Shown piece after piece: positions 46,520-56,475 of a stretch of 64,000 bases of DNA. Source of the stretch: a virus. Its lineage: Duplodnaviria > Heunggongvirae > Uroviricota > Caudoviricetes. The translations under genes and the position numbers were made by a program. The notes beneath the pieces are model-generated. The model saw only the letters and a list, made by a program, of their open reading frames with translations, searched no databases and was not told the origin of the DNA. How positions within the stretch are numbered: the first letter of the stretch is position 1; each line of letters begins with the position of its first letter. The stretch covers positions 1-64,000 of the IMG/VR virus record IMGVR_UViG_3300012933_000388; one strand, written 5' to 3'.

Positions 46520-49015
46520 TCATATGGTTCCACCAGATGTATACCACGTCTGTCTTTGACCGAAGGAGTGCTTCTCCTTATACTGGCTAACTGGCGGCAC
46601 TGATGGTGGCGTACGGTTGCTGTTGCCGCCTGATGGTGCAGCTCCACGATTGCCTCCTCCATCGGATGGTACTGTCATTCCAGCGAAGTTACCTTGTAGT
46701 ATACCTTGCATCATGTTGCCTAGGTCTTGATACTCGCGAATCGAATCTTGTAGCCCAGTAATATTCTTTATTTGTTGATCGTCCAATCCCAGTGCTTTGA
46801 GGTTACCAGTATCAAACCCTGTTGCGCTAGATACAGTCGTAGACATATTTCCACGACCCTGTGCATTACTTGCTCTGTTTTCGAGATCGGCTAAGGTAAT
46901 GCTGCCTTTATTGTCTGAATCGAGTCCCTTATTTGCCTCATACTCCCTCGATCCTTTGCTATACATCACAAAGTCTTTGTTCTTTAGAGCAGCTGGCTTG
47001 AAGATAGACGCGTATATTTGTCCTTTGGTTGCACCATGTGGTAGGCCAACTTTGTCGAAGTATTTGTCTACCCACTTCATCTGGCCAGCACGGGACATCC
47101 CAGCCAATTCAGTAGTCGATGTACCTAACCACTTTGCGGTCTTGTCCATAAACTGTATGAGGCCAGTTGCACTACTATTTGGGTTCTTACGCGACGGATC
47201 GAATGTGCTGTTCTCTGCCTTCATCACACTGAGTAGGTCCGATACGCTGATTCCGTGCTTATCAGCCACTCGCTGAACTTCGGCCATAAATGCCTTATCA
47301 GCAAGCACATCTTTAGGTACAAATGATAGGTCGCCTTGTTGTGTTGTATTAGACGAACCAGCTGGCATGCTATTAGGAGTGATGTTATTATCTCTTCCTG
47401 CTGATGTGTCGTTGCTATTATTGATGTTAGTTGCGGCAACGTTTGGCGTCTTTGTTCTAAATTGGTCAGCAAGCAAGCTTGAGCCTACTCCTATACCCAT
47501 ACTAACACCGAATCCCAAACCACCTGTCAGGCCTGTTGCAGCTAGAGATGCTGCGACACCAGTCGCTGTGATTGCAGCAGCTGCATAATCGCCGTTTTGT
47601 ATGTCTTCATATATGCCAGGCAACGACATTGCTACGTTCAAAGCTCCGAAGATTTTACCTGAGTTCTTAGCAATCATGCCGCCAGCTTCTTTGCCTAGAT
47701 CGCTAGCTTTGCTGATTGCGCCGCCGATTGTGGCTTGAGTCTTGCTCAGCGTGCTTGCTTGTTGCTCAGCTGCTCTCTCCATTGCTAAACGACGAGCTTG
47801 TGCTTGAGCACCTACAGTGCCGTAATCGGACAACTTGACGGCGCTTCCTATTTCTGGAGTAGCGACAGGAGGAGCCTTTTTAAATAAATTAGCAAGCCAT
47901 GGGCTACCAGTAGCAGATCCCGTTGCTTGAGGAATAGCATCAGCCGCGCCGGCGGAAGGCTTTACTTTACCCTTAGAAAGGAAATACATCGCAGCAGCTG
48001 GCAATGCAATTGAACCTGCAGCCGCCAACCCAGGCGACTCTTGTGATGCTGCATAACCACCCAATGCGCCTAGCGATCCAGCTGCAGTCTTACCCATGAA
48101 TCCTGTAAGGCCGAGCATTTTGAGTACCGGGTATTTCTTGGCGAGTAGTGCAAGTCCCCCTACGCCGAGTGCTCCTCCAACTAACGGAGCTGCATCATTT
48201 GCAAAGTCCCGAGGATCAGACTTCCCTGTATATGACCACTCTTTAGTCTTCTTATCCTGCTCGAATCCCAACAACTTACCGATATCGTTTTCAGCGCCAG
48301 TCGCAATCTTTCTACCAATAGCAATGCCGAGAGCTTTCGTGCCCGACCAAACCTGGCTCGCAATGAAGTCGGCAATGTCGCCACCCTTCGCTGCTAGCTT
48401 TTCCTGTAGGTCTTTGCTCAATTCTTCCTTAGCTGGGAGCTTAGCTCCTCTTAGGAAATCATCAACAAATCCTTCGATCTTATCTTTGTTTTGATATGCG
48501 TATCCAGCACCAGCAACAATACCAGCACCCATCAACGCCTTCTTTATAGCACTAGCAATCGCATCGGCATTGGTTGAAGCAGCTGAGGCCTGTTTGTCTT
48601 GGATATCGTTTGTGACAATTACTGATGATCTATTGAACGACGTGTCCTTGATGTTCGCTCCGACCTTCATTGCTTGAAGCTGAGCGATGTTGATCTTTCG
48701 AATGTCGCCGAGGATATTATTCATCGCACGCAATTGAACATTCATTTTATTGAGGCTGTTCTTGCTAGTAGCGGTCATCGTCTTGATGTCTACTACATCC
48801 TTTGCGGTTTTCTTAGCTTCCTTCTCGGTACTCTTGCCTTGTTGTTTCTTATACTCAGCTACGGTCTGTCTAATTAGAGGCCCAACACCAAGCCCGAGCC
48901 CATATATCGATTTACGTGGGTCGAACTGGCTCATTACGCTTTCTTTTGCGTCTTTGGCAGTTGTTGCTACTCGGTTCTTTGCGCCTGTAGCTAATGCATC
49001 TAATAGACTGGCCAT
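46520..49015 (-). CDS. tail tape measure / baseplate hub protein (gp29-position) with lytic transglycosylase (SLT) domain
   Basis: 831 aa. Gly/Ala-rich hydrophobic repeats. SLT motif LSVMKAENSTFDP...SSATGLIQFMDKTAKWLG in the C-terminal third. Confidence 0.6.
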   Translation of the reverse strand: MASLLDALATGAKNRVATTAKDAKESVMSQFDPRKSIYGLGLGVGPLIRQTVAEYKKQQGKSTEKEAKKTAKDVVDIKTMTATSKNSLNKMNVQLRAMNNILGDIRKINIAQLQAMKVGANIKDTSFNRSSVIVTNDIQDKQASAASTNADAIASAIKKALMGAGIVAGAGYAYQNKDKIEGFVDDFLRGAKLPAKEELSKDLQEKLAAKGGDIADFIASQVWSGTKALGIAIGRKIATGAENDIGKLLGFEQDKKTKEWSYTGKSDPRDFANDAAPLVGGALGVGGLALLAKKYPVLKMLGLTGFMGKTAAGSLGALGGYAASQESPGLAAAGSIALPAAAMYFLSKGKVKPSAGAADAIPQATGSATGSPWLANLFKKAPPVATPEIGSAVKLSDYGTVGAQAQARRLAMERAAEQQASTLSKTQATIGGAISKASDLGKEAGGMIAKNSGKIFGALNVAMSLPGIYEDIQNGDYAAAAITATGVAASLAATGLTGGLGFGVSMGIGVGSSLLADQFRTKTPNVAATNINNSNDTSAGRDNNITPNSMPAGSSNTTQQGDLSFVPKDVLADKAFMAEVQRVADKHGISVSDLLSVMKAENSTFDPSRKNPNSSATGLIQFMDKTAKWLGTSTTELAGMSRAGQMKWVDKYFDKVGLPHGATKGQIYASIFKPAALKNKDFVMYSKGSREYEANKGLDSDNKGSITLADLENRASNAQGRGNMSTTVSSATGFDTGNLKALGLDDQQIKNITGLQDSIREYQDLGNMMQGILQGNFAGMTVPSDGGGNRGAAPSGGNSNRTPPSVPPVSQYKEKHSFGQRQTWYTSGGTI

Positions 49016-49154
49016 TTTTATTTTTGTCTCGCTTGTTGAAGTCTGTCAGCCTCTGTCTCTAGGTAGTCTTTTAATAAGTCAACGTAGATGTCTCTTTCAT
49101 ATGGCATCATGTTCTCTATTTCCGAAATTGAGTAATGATGGTGCTGAGCCAAGT

Positions 49155-49178
49155 TAAAAAGCAACTGGTAGTAGTTGC
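49155..49178 (-). terminator. rho-independent terminator (minus strand)
   Basis: Minus strand reads GCAACT-actacc-AGTTGC then ttttt. Confidence 0.45.
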
Positions 49179-49193
49179 TTATCGTGTTGTGGC

Positions 49194-49901
49194 TCAGCCC
49201 AATATAAAAAAATCATTGAGGTTTTGAAGGACCACTTTCTTTTCTACGCCTTCGCTATTTGTATACGATGTCTCGTAGTGTAGCTTTGGCATTGTTTCTA
49301 GGAACTTTTGAACTTCTTTGAATGTCGTTACATCAAGTGCAGTTACAAACTCAGTCAATTCTTCGTCTGTGTAATCTTTTGCTTCGTATACTTCGTTTTC
49401 GTCATATACCTTATCGATGCAATACTTAATTACTTCAAAATACAAATCAACTTCTGTAGTTGCAGCCTCGACTGCCTTGAGCATGTCGGTCTTTGGATAA
49501 CGTAAAACAAGTCCAACCTGATCGTTGATCTTGACATTAGGATTGTGGTCAGGATCGTTGACAATTTCCACCTTATCTAAGTCGATCTGAAGCTTGTAAT
49601 CCAGTTCATCATCAGGGTCACGGTATGTGACATCGATAACGTTGTTAATCGATCTTCCACGCAATTTAATAAACAGATACTCGAGGTCAAATGTGGCTAA
49701 TTTTTCTACATCCACATTGTCGAGCAAACAATTGTTCACGACCTGCTTGATGGCTAACACCACATCGCGTGAGTTGCCTGTAGTTTGTGCAGTCAATAGT
49801 ACCTTTTCCTCTTTAACGAGGAACGGGCGCATTTTGACCTTCGCCTTAGACGAAGGAATTGTCACTTCAAAGATAGGATAATTGATTTTAGGAAGACTCA
49901 T
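49194..49901 (-). CDS. virion/tail assembly protein of unknown role
   Basis: GAGGTG SD. Located in the structural operon just upstream of the tape measure. Confidence 0.5.
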   Translation of the reverse strand: MSLPKINYPIFEVTIPSSKAKVKMRPFLVKEEKVLLTAQTTGNSRDVVLAIKQVVNNCLLDNVDVEKLATFDLEYLFIKLRGRSINNVIDVTYRDPDDELDYKLQIDLDKVEIVNDPDHNPNVKINDQVGLVLRYPKTDMLKAVEAATTEVDLYFEVIKYCIDKVYDENEVYEAKDYTDEELTEFVTALDVTTFKEVQKFLETMPKLHYETSYTNSEGVEKKVVLQNLNDFFILG

Positions 49902-49914
49902 GTTTTCACCTCAG

Positions 49915-50856
49915 TTAATAGTCAAGTCGGGTTGGTAATAATGTTTTCAGCAGTGTCGATCCGGTATTGACGACATTCAATACGTCGTTTACGTTGCGTG
50001 GGCTCTTCACCGCACTGATCGTTTGCAACACAGATGCACCACGCATAATATTGTCGAATAGCGACACATTCTGCGAAGCGAGTGTTTGTTGGTTTGGCTC
50101 ACGTAGTTGCATTTCGAGGCTACCATCGTATGCCCAGTGCGAGTATGTGAATGTAATAGGAATCCGTACAAGGTCGTTAATGTTAGACCAGTCGCGTTGT
50201 ATTTCGCCCAAAGATATTGGGTAGGCGTTGTATAGTTTAATGACGCCTATTTTCTTTTGTATCTCATCGTATGTTACGATGTCGATTGTTGTTTTGTATG
50301 AGTCGCGGTAGCTGAGTTCGAACGGCTTACCATAGAAGGAGTCAACGCCAGCGCCGGCATGTGGCATATTGCCGAACCCGATGATTGAATTCATCCACAC
50401 ATAGAAGAACTGATGGATTACTCCACGAGCATCGCCAATGAACGATATAGACACATCATTGAACCCTGCAGAGAAAGGCTTCTTTTCGAGAGGTCCCACA
50501 CCATGACGTCTAACACTAGAAGTCATTAGCTGCACACCTGGCTGGTTGACACGCTCGGCGCGCAAGGTTACGAGCTTATCTAATATTGCTCCAGCATCTG
50601 GTACGACGGCTTGTCTAGTGTTGATATTATCTGTGAAAATCTTAGGAGCGGAGATGCCGATATATGTCAATGACGGCTTTTCAATGCCCCACTTACGGAT
50701 ACCTGCCCGGACCCCCTCGGACGCTTTTGCAAACGGCTCGGCTTGTCTCTTTTCGCCAGTCGTTTGTCTAAACCCACCGAGTAGACGGTTGGCAGCGCCC
50801 CCTGCCAGGCTGATTGCGCCTAGTATTTGTTGGTTACGTTCGTTTAGGGATGCCAT
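49915..50856 (-). CDS. tail-tube-fold protein (gp3/gp54/gp48 class; exact orthology unresolved)
   Basis: VNQPGVQLMTSSVRRHGVGPLEKKPFSAGFNDVSISFIGD...FFYVWMNSI resembles the T4 gp19-fold pattern. Follows gp4 and the gp2-like gene. Confidence 0.45.
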   Translation of the reverse strand: MASLNERNQQILGAISLAGGAANRLLGGFRQTTGEKRQAEPFAKASEGVRAGIRKWGIEKPSLTYIGISAPKIFTDNINTRQAVVPDAGAILDKLVTLRAERVNQPGVQLMTSSVRRHGVGPLEKKPFSAGFNDVSISFIGDARGVIHQFFYVWMNSIIGFGNMPHAGAGVDSFYGKPFELSYRDSYKTTIDIVTYDEIQKKIGVIKLYNAYPISLGEIQRDWSNINDLVRIPITFTYSHWAYDGSLEMQLREPNQQTLASQNVSLFDNIMRGASVLQTISAVKSPRNVNDVLNVVNTGSTLLKTLLPTRLDY

Positions 50857-51464
50857 TATCTCTTTCTAGTTTTTCGTATGCTGTCTTCATATACTCGTGC
50901 TGAAGATGCCTTCTGGAATCTTTCGAGTGGTAAGAATAACGCTACACTCCACTCGGTTGCTGGAATAGTGACCAAGTTGGAGGCTAACCCCTTATTTAGG
51001 TAGTGCTTCACGCATGGCTCGAAATAACGATTCTTGGAAATGTTCTGAAGTACGCTATACGACAATTGGAGCTTGGTTCTGGCGTTTGTCAATTCGCCGG
51101 ATGCTGCAGTTAACAAAGCATCCATTAGAACGGCTCTCATTTGGTATGGCAAATAATGCATGTTGATTCCCCACATCCCTGTACTATCGGTGTGGAATGG
51201 GAATACTAAAGGAAATTTATCCCAATATGGTAGATCCTTTGCTGTAGTTGCCTCATATTGAAACAACACCATTTGACCTATGATTGAACTTACTGGCCCA
51301 CCTTTTTGTAAGGTGGATGGGGCAGACTTAATCACAGTCTTTGGATTCTTCATTGCATTAGTGGCTGCTTGTTGGACCCACGTTTGCGCTTCAGCTGTTC
51401 TGAGAGGGATAGATCTCGACTGCACGTTTTTCTGAAGAAGGTTTGCGAATATGCCAGTAGCCAT
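50856..51464 (-). CDS. DNA end protector-like protein (T4 gp2-like)
   Basis: GQMVLFQYEATTAKDLPYWDKFPLVFPF...GMWGINMHYLP pattern and position next to gp4. Confidence 0.4.
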   Translation of the reverse strand: MATGIFANLLQKNVQSRSIPLRTAEAQTWVQQAATNAMKNPKTVIKSAPSTLQKGGPVSSIIGQMVLFQYEATTAKDLPYWDKFPLVFPFHTDSTGMWGINMHYLPYQMRAVLMDALLTAASGELTNARTKLQLSYSVLQNISKNRYFEPCVKHYLNKGLASNLVTIPATEWSVALFLPLERFQKASSARVYEDSIRKTRKR

Positions 51465-51907
51465 TATTTAATTCCTAGGTGTTGCTCGGTCAGTATGCGA
51501 AATTGCCACGACTTCTTGTGACAAAACTCGGTAGCCGCCTGCCATTTAGCTGAGTTTACGCCCCATGTCATTACCTCGTTAATATACCTTTTCGTACGTC
51601 GTGTCTGTACAGGAGGAGGTTCTGTCTGCTTCTTTGGCTTGATCTCGACCACGATTATCTCTTCGACGCCGTGTACGTTGCGTTGTCTGATCCAGAAGTC
51701 TGGGAAATATCTATGCACGCGGCCATCGATCGGAGATCTATAAGGAATGCAGAATTCCTCACTCGACCATTCCAATACGTCTGGGTGCGCGTCTAAATAT
51801 GTCATAAACTTTAGTTCCCACGACGACCTGAAAACGATGCCAGACGGATCGCCTTTGTATTTTGTTGGATTTTTGGGACGGTAACTTCCCTTGTAACTTT
51901 TACTCAT
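51464..51907 (-). CDS. gp4: head completion nuclease (T4 gp4-like)
   Basis: YKGSYRPKNPTKYKGD...VFRSSWELKFMTYLD...WSSEEFCIPYRSPIDGRVHRYFPDF, a PD-(D/E)xK-type pattern of gp4 homologues. Confidence 0.6.
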   Translation of the reverse strand: MSKSYKGSYRPKNPTKYKGDPSGIVFRSSWELKFMTYLDAHPDVLEWSSEEFCIPYRSPIDGRVHRYFPDFWIRQRNVHGVEEIIVVEIKPKKQTEPPPVQTRRTKRYINEVMTWGVNSAKWQAATEFCHKKSWQFRILTEQHLGIK

Positions 51908-51911
51908 ATAG

Positions 51912-51922
51912 AATATTTATCT
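51912..51922 (-). promoter_or_regulatory. late-promoter-like motif AGATAAATATT, N6 from ATG
   Basis: Identical 11-mer to 7083-7093. GATAAATA ends 6 nt before the gp4 ATG and no SD is present. Confidence 0.35.
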
Positions 51923-51926
51923 AAGC

Positions 51927-53369
51927 ATGGCAAACAAATATACACAATATGGCGCCGCAGTAGCTGGTGCTGTTGCGATTCCTGCTGCTGTTAGTGGTAT
52001 TAAGGCCGCGTCTACTGCCTGGAATGCGTTTGGCGGCGCACAAAGTCAGATTGCTCAATCAGTTGATGCAGGCGGCACAGCAGCCGATGCGCTCGGAGCT
52101 ATGTCAAGCTCAGCCGTTGATGCTGGAACCTCGGCTATGGGGTCGGCGTTAAGTTCCACACTTAACAATCCTGCGTTCCTTACGTCCATCGGTGTGGGCC
52201 TCGTCGGTCTTGCTCTAGGGTCTGGATCGAAGACTCCTTCTCTCAATCTACCAAATTTGGCAGCTACTGCGGCTGTTGCGCTAAGCGTTAGTTCAATGCT
52301 TAAGCAAGGCAAAGCGGCCGCAGCAGCCAATGAGCGTGCCGCGGCAGCACGCGGTGGCGCTTTAACTTCTCCATCTAACTTCAAGACGGTCGCAGCAAGC
52401 GATCCGAACGTTGCAGTTATGAATGAAAGACAGAAAGGAGTTACACTCCAGATGTCGTTCCCGAAGACGCTCAATTCAGATTATTGGATGCGCTTCTCGG
52501 TCCGTAAATATAGTCGCTCCACGTCTCAGGACAATGCAGCTAGCACGTTATCTGATTTCCACACAATGATAAAGCTACCGTTACCTACCAATTTGGTAGA
52601 CGCGTTGAAGCTTTCATATCAGGAAGTCGGGCTAGGGATGTTTGGGGGGCCTGGTATGCAAGCTGGCGATGCGGCATATGAAGCATTCAAGAATAGCGGG
52701 GGATCTACGGGCGATGCACTGGGTGCCGCAGCACGTGCCGGAGCCGGTAAAATGTCCACTCTGCTAGGTCAGGATGGGGTCAAGGCAGCGTTAGCTCGTA
52801 AAATGCTAACAAATAGTATGCCAGCAGTTGCAACTGCAATGGACATGATCACTGGTAATGCTCCTAACCCACACATGGCTGTGACTTTCAATGGCGTAAA
52901 TTTAAAGAAGCACCAATTCTCATGGCGCCTATCGCCAGATAACTATGCAGAGAGTAGAGAGCTTGAAAATATCATAAGACAGCTACAAGCTGCAGCACTG
53001 CCATGGACTGAGGGGGAGTTTGCATTAATGCTTCAATTCCCTGACGTTGTTATTGTTGAAATGAATCCAAGCAACTTAATACCATTCAAGCCATGTGCAA
53101 TTGACTCGGTTGGTATTAATTATGCCCCTAACGGTGTTCCTTCATTCTTCAGAGCAGATAACCCATCCAATGATGATGGTAAGAGATATCCAACTGAAGT
53201 AGAGCTGACGATTGTGCTACGTGAATTGGATATCCATACTGGTAACATGCCATTCTATGAGGAGGCACGTAAAGGTCAGATGGAGTTCTATGAGGGAGCT
53301 ACGCCAACATCCGCAACTCAAACATCCGAGGCTACACAGGCTCGTGATGATAGCATACAAAGCGCATAA
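51927..53369 (+). CDS. baseplate-tail tube junction protein candidate (gp48/gp54-like)
   Basis: Ala/Gly/Ser-rich N-terminus. C-terminal MAVTFNGVNLKKHQFSWRLSPDN..ESRELENIIRQL resembles tube-fold proteins. First gene of the baseplate operon. Confidence 0.4.
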   Translation: MANKYTQYGAAVAGAVAIPAAVSGIKAASTAWNAFGGAQSQIAQSVDAGGTAADALGAMSSSAVDAGTSAMGSALSSTLNNPAFLTSIGVGLVGLALGSGSKTPSLNLPNLAATAAVALSVSSMLKQGKAAAAANERAAAARGGALTSPSNFKTVAASDPNVAVMNERQKGVTLQMSFPKTLNSDYWMRFSVRKYSRSTSQDNAASTLSDFHTMIKLPLPTNLVDALKLSYQEVGLGMFGGPGMQAGDAAYEAFKNSGGSTGDALGAAARAGAGKMSTLLGQDGVKAALARKMLTNSMPAVATAMDMITGNAPNPHMAVTFNGVNLKKHQFSWRLSPDNYAESRELENIIRQLQAAALPWTEGEFALMLQFPDVVIVEMNPSNLIPFKPCAIDSVGINYAPNGVPSFFRADNPSNDDGKRYPTEVELTIVLRELDIHTGNMPFYEEARKGQMEFYEGATPTSATQTSEATQARDDSIQSA

Positions 53370-53371
53370 CC

Positions 53372-54235
53372 ATGTCACGTTATTTTGAAAACTTTAATAC
53401 TGCCCAATATAATGGGGAGATTTGTAGAGTGCTTACACATCGCGCAGGTATTACTCGCGATGTTATGAGCCGTGCATCTGTATTTTATCCATACCAAACC
53501 CGTGAGGGCGAGCGTCCTGATACGTTGTCGCATCTATACTACGACGATTCGGCTATGGAATGGTTGGTGTTCTTTGCCAATGGCATTATCGATCCATATT
53601 ATGGGTGGTATCTGACTACAGAACAGTTCAATCAATATATTATCAGTAAATATGGTTCGCTCGTTGAGGCTCAGCTAAAGATTCATCACTACCAAGTCGA
53701 TTGGACAAATGATAGCCGCAGACTTACTATTGCAGCATACAATGCATTAGACAGTGTAGCTCCTATCAACCTCAAGCGCTACTGGGCACCCGTACTGAAC
53801 GATTATGGTAGCGTCGTATTTTACCAGCGCGCTGCAGTGGAACTAATATCTACAACCAACAAAGTTTTGAAGCTTAGCGTTACTAGTACAGCAGGATTCG
53901 AAGTTGGTGAATTGGTTAGCCAGCTTAATGGAGATACAGTATCTGGATATGGCGAGATTGTAGCCATGGATGATATTAGTATCACTATTCAAAATATCAC
54001 CGGGGTGTTCATTGGTGGTACGGCCATTACTGGATTCACTACAGCAACTCAGACCATTCCCACAACGGTGACTCTACTAACAGAGAGCATTCCATCAGTT
54101 GAGCAATCCTACTGGCGTGCAATTTCAATATACGATTATGAGGAACTGCTAAATGAGCAGCGTAAGACTCTACGTATGATTGACAAGCGATATGCAGAGC
54201 AAGCGCAACTCAACCTACAGGCTGTAATGAAGTAA
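53372..54235 (+). CDS. gp53: baseplate wedge protein (T4 gp53-like)
   Basis: GERPDTLSHLYYDDSAMEWLVFFANGIIDPYYGWYLTTEQFNQYIISKYG parallels T4 gp53 ...YWVLLMCNDNYDPYYGWITSQEAAYQASIQKY. Confidence 0.65.
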   Translation: MSRYFENFNTAQYNGEICRVLTHRAGITRDVMSRASVFYPYQTREGERPDTLSHLYYDDSAMEWLVFFANGIIDPYYGWYLTTEQFNQYIISKYGSLVEAQLKIHHYQVDWTNDSRRLTIAAYNALDSVAPINLKRYWAPVLNDYGSVVFYQRAAVELISTTNKVLKLSVTSTAGFEVGELVSQLNGDTVSGYGEIVAMDDISITIQNITGVFIGGTAITGFTTATQTIPTTVTLLTESIPSVEQSYWRAISIYDYEELLNEQRKTLRMIDKRYAEQAQLNLQAVMK

Positions 54236-54236
54236 T

Positions 54237-55559
54237 ATGGCAGAATCTACACAGAACGTACTCGGCCGAGCAATTATCAAAGAGGCATACATCTATAACA
54301 AGGATGGGGTAACTCTATCAATCACAGACAATCTAGTGTCTGTTGAAATTTATGAAGACATTTACAATCCATTCGTGAGTTGTGAAATGATGCTCGTCGA
54401 TTATGACAGTCTTGCTAAGCAATTCCCATTAGTTGGAGAGGAATTCTTTAGATTCTCCTACAAGAGCATTGAGGGGAAGATTGTTACGTATGAATTTTTC
54501 TTAGGTACTAAAGACACAGCTGCTATGACGGAAACAAACGCCGCCAAAGCATATGTTCTTCGTGGTGTAACTAAGGAGCGTGCATTCGATACTGCTAAAA
54601 CTGTCAGTCGCGCGTTCGTAGGAACATATGCATCTATTGCTGGCCAGATATTTGACGACTTCATTAAGGTCGATAGTGACGGATATGGGTTTGATTTTGA
54701 ACCAAGCCGCGGCGTCACTAGATTTACTGTTCCTCAACTGAGTCCACTGCAAGCAATTGAGTATTGCAAGTCGCGTGCTATAGCTACTGGTGAGGCACGC
54801 ACACCATTCACATTCTTCCGTAGTTCTGAGGGATACTCGTTCACTTCCATTAGTGGTCTGTTTAACAGAAAAGGCTCTGAAGCATCGGCTGGCGTCACTC
54901 ACACATATGCAGCTCGTCAATTGCCGGCTGAATATGATGAGAAGTTATCTAATGGAACGAAGGTTGATATCGTCAAGTTTGATATCGCCTCATTCTATGA
55001 CACTACGGAGAAGATCGATCGTGGATCGTATAATGGCGACTGCTATTCTTTCGATCTCACTACCAAAGCATTCACGCTGAAGCAGAGATACAACCTTGTC
55101 GACCAAGGTAATAAATTCCAATTGGGTGGGCAAGGTTATATCAACCGAGCCGATTTTGCTGGATCGTTTGCAAATACTAGATGTGTTGCTTATTATGTTC
55201 CGACCGATTGTGCTTGGGAGATTAATGGCGATCAAAGTACACAGAAGGATCTATACCCTGACTATGTTGGTGAGATGTCTGCATACTCGAACCTAATATC
55301 GGAGTACAACATTCATTACACAATATATGGCGACTCGAATGTTACTGCTGGCCAGGTAATGAAAATCAACGTGCCACAATCACGTGAGCAAGCAGGCAAG
55401 GGAACAAATCGCGGAACTCAGGATAAGATGTATTCGGGATCTTTCCTATGTGCTCGAACAGTGCATACTTTTAATTTTAATGAAAACGTGGACTACTACG
55501 TACATATTAGCGCAATCAATGGCGCACGTAACCACAGTATTGAGGATCTAAGAACATGA
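54237..55559 (+). CDS. gp27: baseplate hub protein (T4 gp27-like)
   Basis: Size and position upstream of the gp5-like gene. The C-terminal region GDSNVTAGQVMKINVP...FLCARTVHTFN resembles the gp27 C-terminus. Confidence 0.5.
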   Translation: MAESTQNVLGRAIIKEAYIYNKDGVTLSITDNLVSVEIYEDIYNPFVSCEMMLVDYDSLAKQFPLVGEEFFRFSYKSIEGKIVTYEFFLGTKDTAAMTETNAAKAYVLRGVTKERAFDTAKTVSRAFVGTYASIAGQIFDDFIKVDSDGYGFDFEPSRGVTRFTVPQLSPLQAIEYCKSRAIATGEARTPFTFFRSSEGYSFTSISGLFNRKGSEASAGVTHTYAARQLPAEYDEKLSNGTKVDIVKFDIASFYDTTEKIDRGSYNGDCYSFDLTTKAFTLKQRYNLVDQGNKFQLGGQGYINRADFAGSFANTRCVAYYVPTDCAWEINGDQSTQKDLYPDYVGEMSAYSNLISEYNIHYTIYGDSNVTAGQVMKINVPQSREQAGKGTNRGTQDKMYSGSFLCARTVHTFNFNENVDYYVHISAINGARNHSIEDLRT

Positions 55560-56458
55560 TAGAAATGGGTAAAATGGGGTTTGTGTGGTGGTTTGGTATA
55601 GTGGAGGACGTAATGGACCCACTTCAGATCGGCCGTGTAAAGGTTCGAGTGTACCACTTCTACTCGCTAAACGATTCGGTGCTACCTACTGATGAACTGC
55701 CATGGGCTCACGTCGTGATGCCAACAACCAGTGCAAGCTACCAAGGCAAAGGATGGAGTCCTACGTTCATCCGCCCAGATAGTACCGTGTTCGGGTTCTT
55801 CGTTGATGGCCCAGAAGGACAGATGCCGATTGTGTTAGGAACGTATCCTGGCATTCCACAACCCAATCCAGACTTCACAGATACTGATAACCTCAGCGTA
55901 GACACACATGATGTTAGTCAACTCGCTCGTGGTGTTAATAAGCTAGCTACAGCAAAAGAAGAGATCCGCTCGAAGGAGCGCTCGAAGGAGTCTGAGCCGA
56001 TGGAGCCGCCTCCATCAAATACGTTCAGAGCACAATACCCATATAACAAAGTGTTTGAGTCAGAACGTGGTCATGCCGTTGAAATGGATGACACACCAGG
56101 CGCCGAACGAATCCATGTATACCACAATAGTGGCTCATTTATTGAGATGAATACTGGATTGACGATCGATAAAACTAACGGTATTCGAGTCAACACTGCG
56201 ACTGTTGGGCATTGGACTAAGAGTAACGGAGATATGTTCCTCGTTGCGGACGGAGCATTGCAGATATTCGCCAAAGGCGCAATAACGATATCTTCGGAAA
56301 AACAAATATCGATGAATGCCCCACTGATAAATATAAGCGGCACGATTGCTACATCGATTACTGGGGGAGCAACTCTTTCTATGTCGTCTACAGGTATGAC
56401 GACTGTTAGTGGATTAGTTGCGTTGTATCTGAACCCAGGCGCAGTAAGTGCAGCATAA
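55556..56458 (+). CDS. gp5: baseplate central spike (gp5/VgrG-like OB-fold + beta-helix), no lysozyme domain
   Basis: FGIVEDVMDPLQIGRVKVRVYHF...LPWAHV OB-fold N-terminus. Repetitive beta-helical C-terminus. Only 300 aa. Confidence 0.7.
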   Translation: MIEMGKMGFVWWFGIVEDVMDPLQIGRVKVRVYHFYSLNDSVLPTDELPWAHVVMPTTSASYQGKGWSPTFIRPDSTVFGFFVDGPEGQMPIVLGTYPGIPQPNPDFTDTDNLSVDTHDVSQLARGVNKLATAKEEIRSKERSKESEPMEPPPSNTFRAQYPYNKVFESERGHAVEMDDTPGAERIHVYHNSGSFIEMNTGLTIDKTNGIRVNTATVGHWTKSNGDMFLVADGALQIFAKGAITISSEKQISMNAPLINISGTIATSITGGATLSMSSTGMTTVSGLVALYLNPGAVSAA

Positions 56459-56475
56459 GAATAAACGGAGATTGT

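Noticed and set aside
49018-49110. A 30-aa minus-strand micro-ORF (MMPYERDIYVDLLKDYLETEADRLQQARQK) between the 235-aa structural gene and the tape measure.
   Set aside because: It is too short and has no clear SD. It lies downstream of a putative terminator, so it is noted but not annotated.
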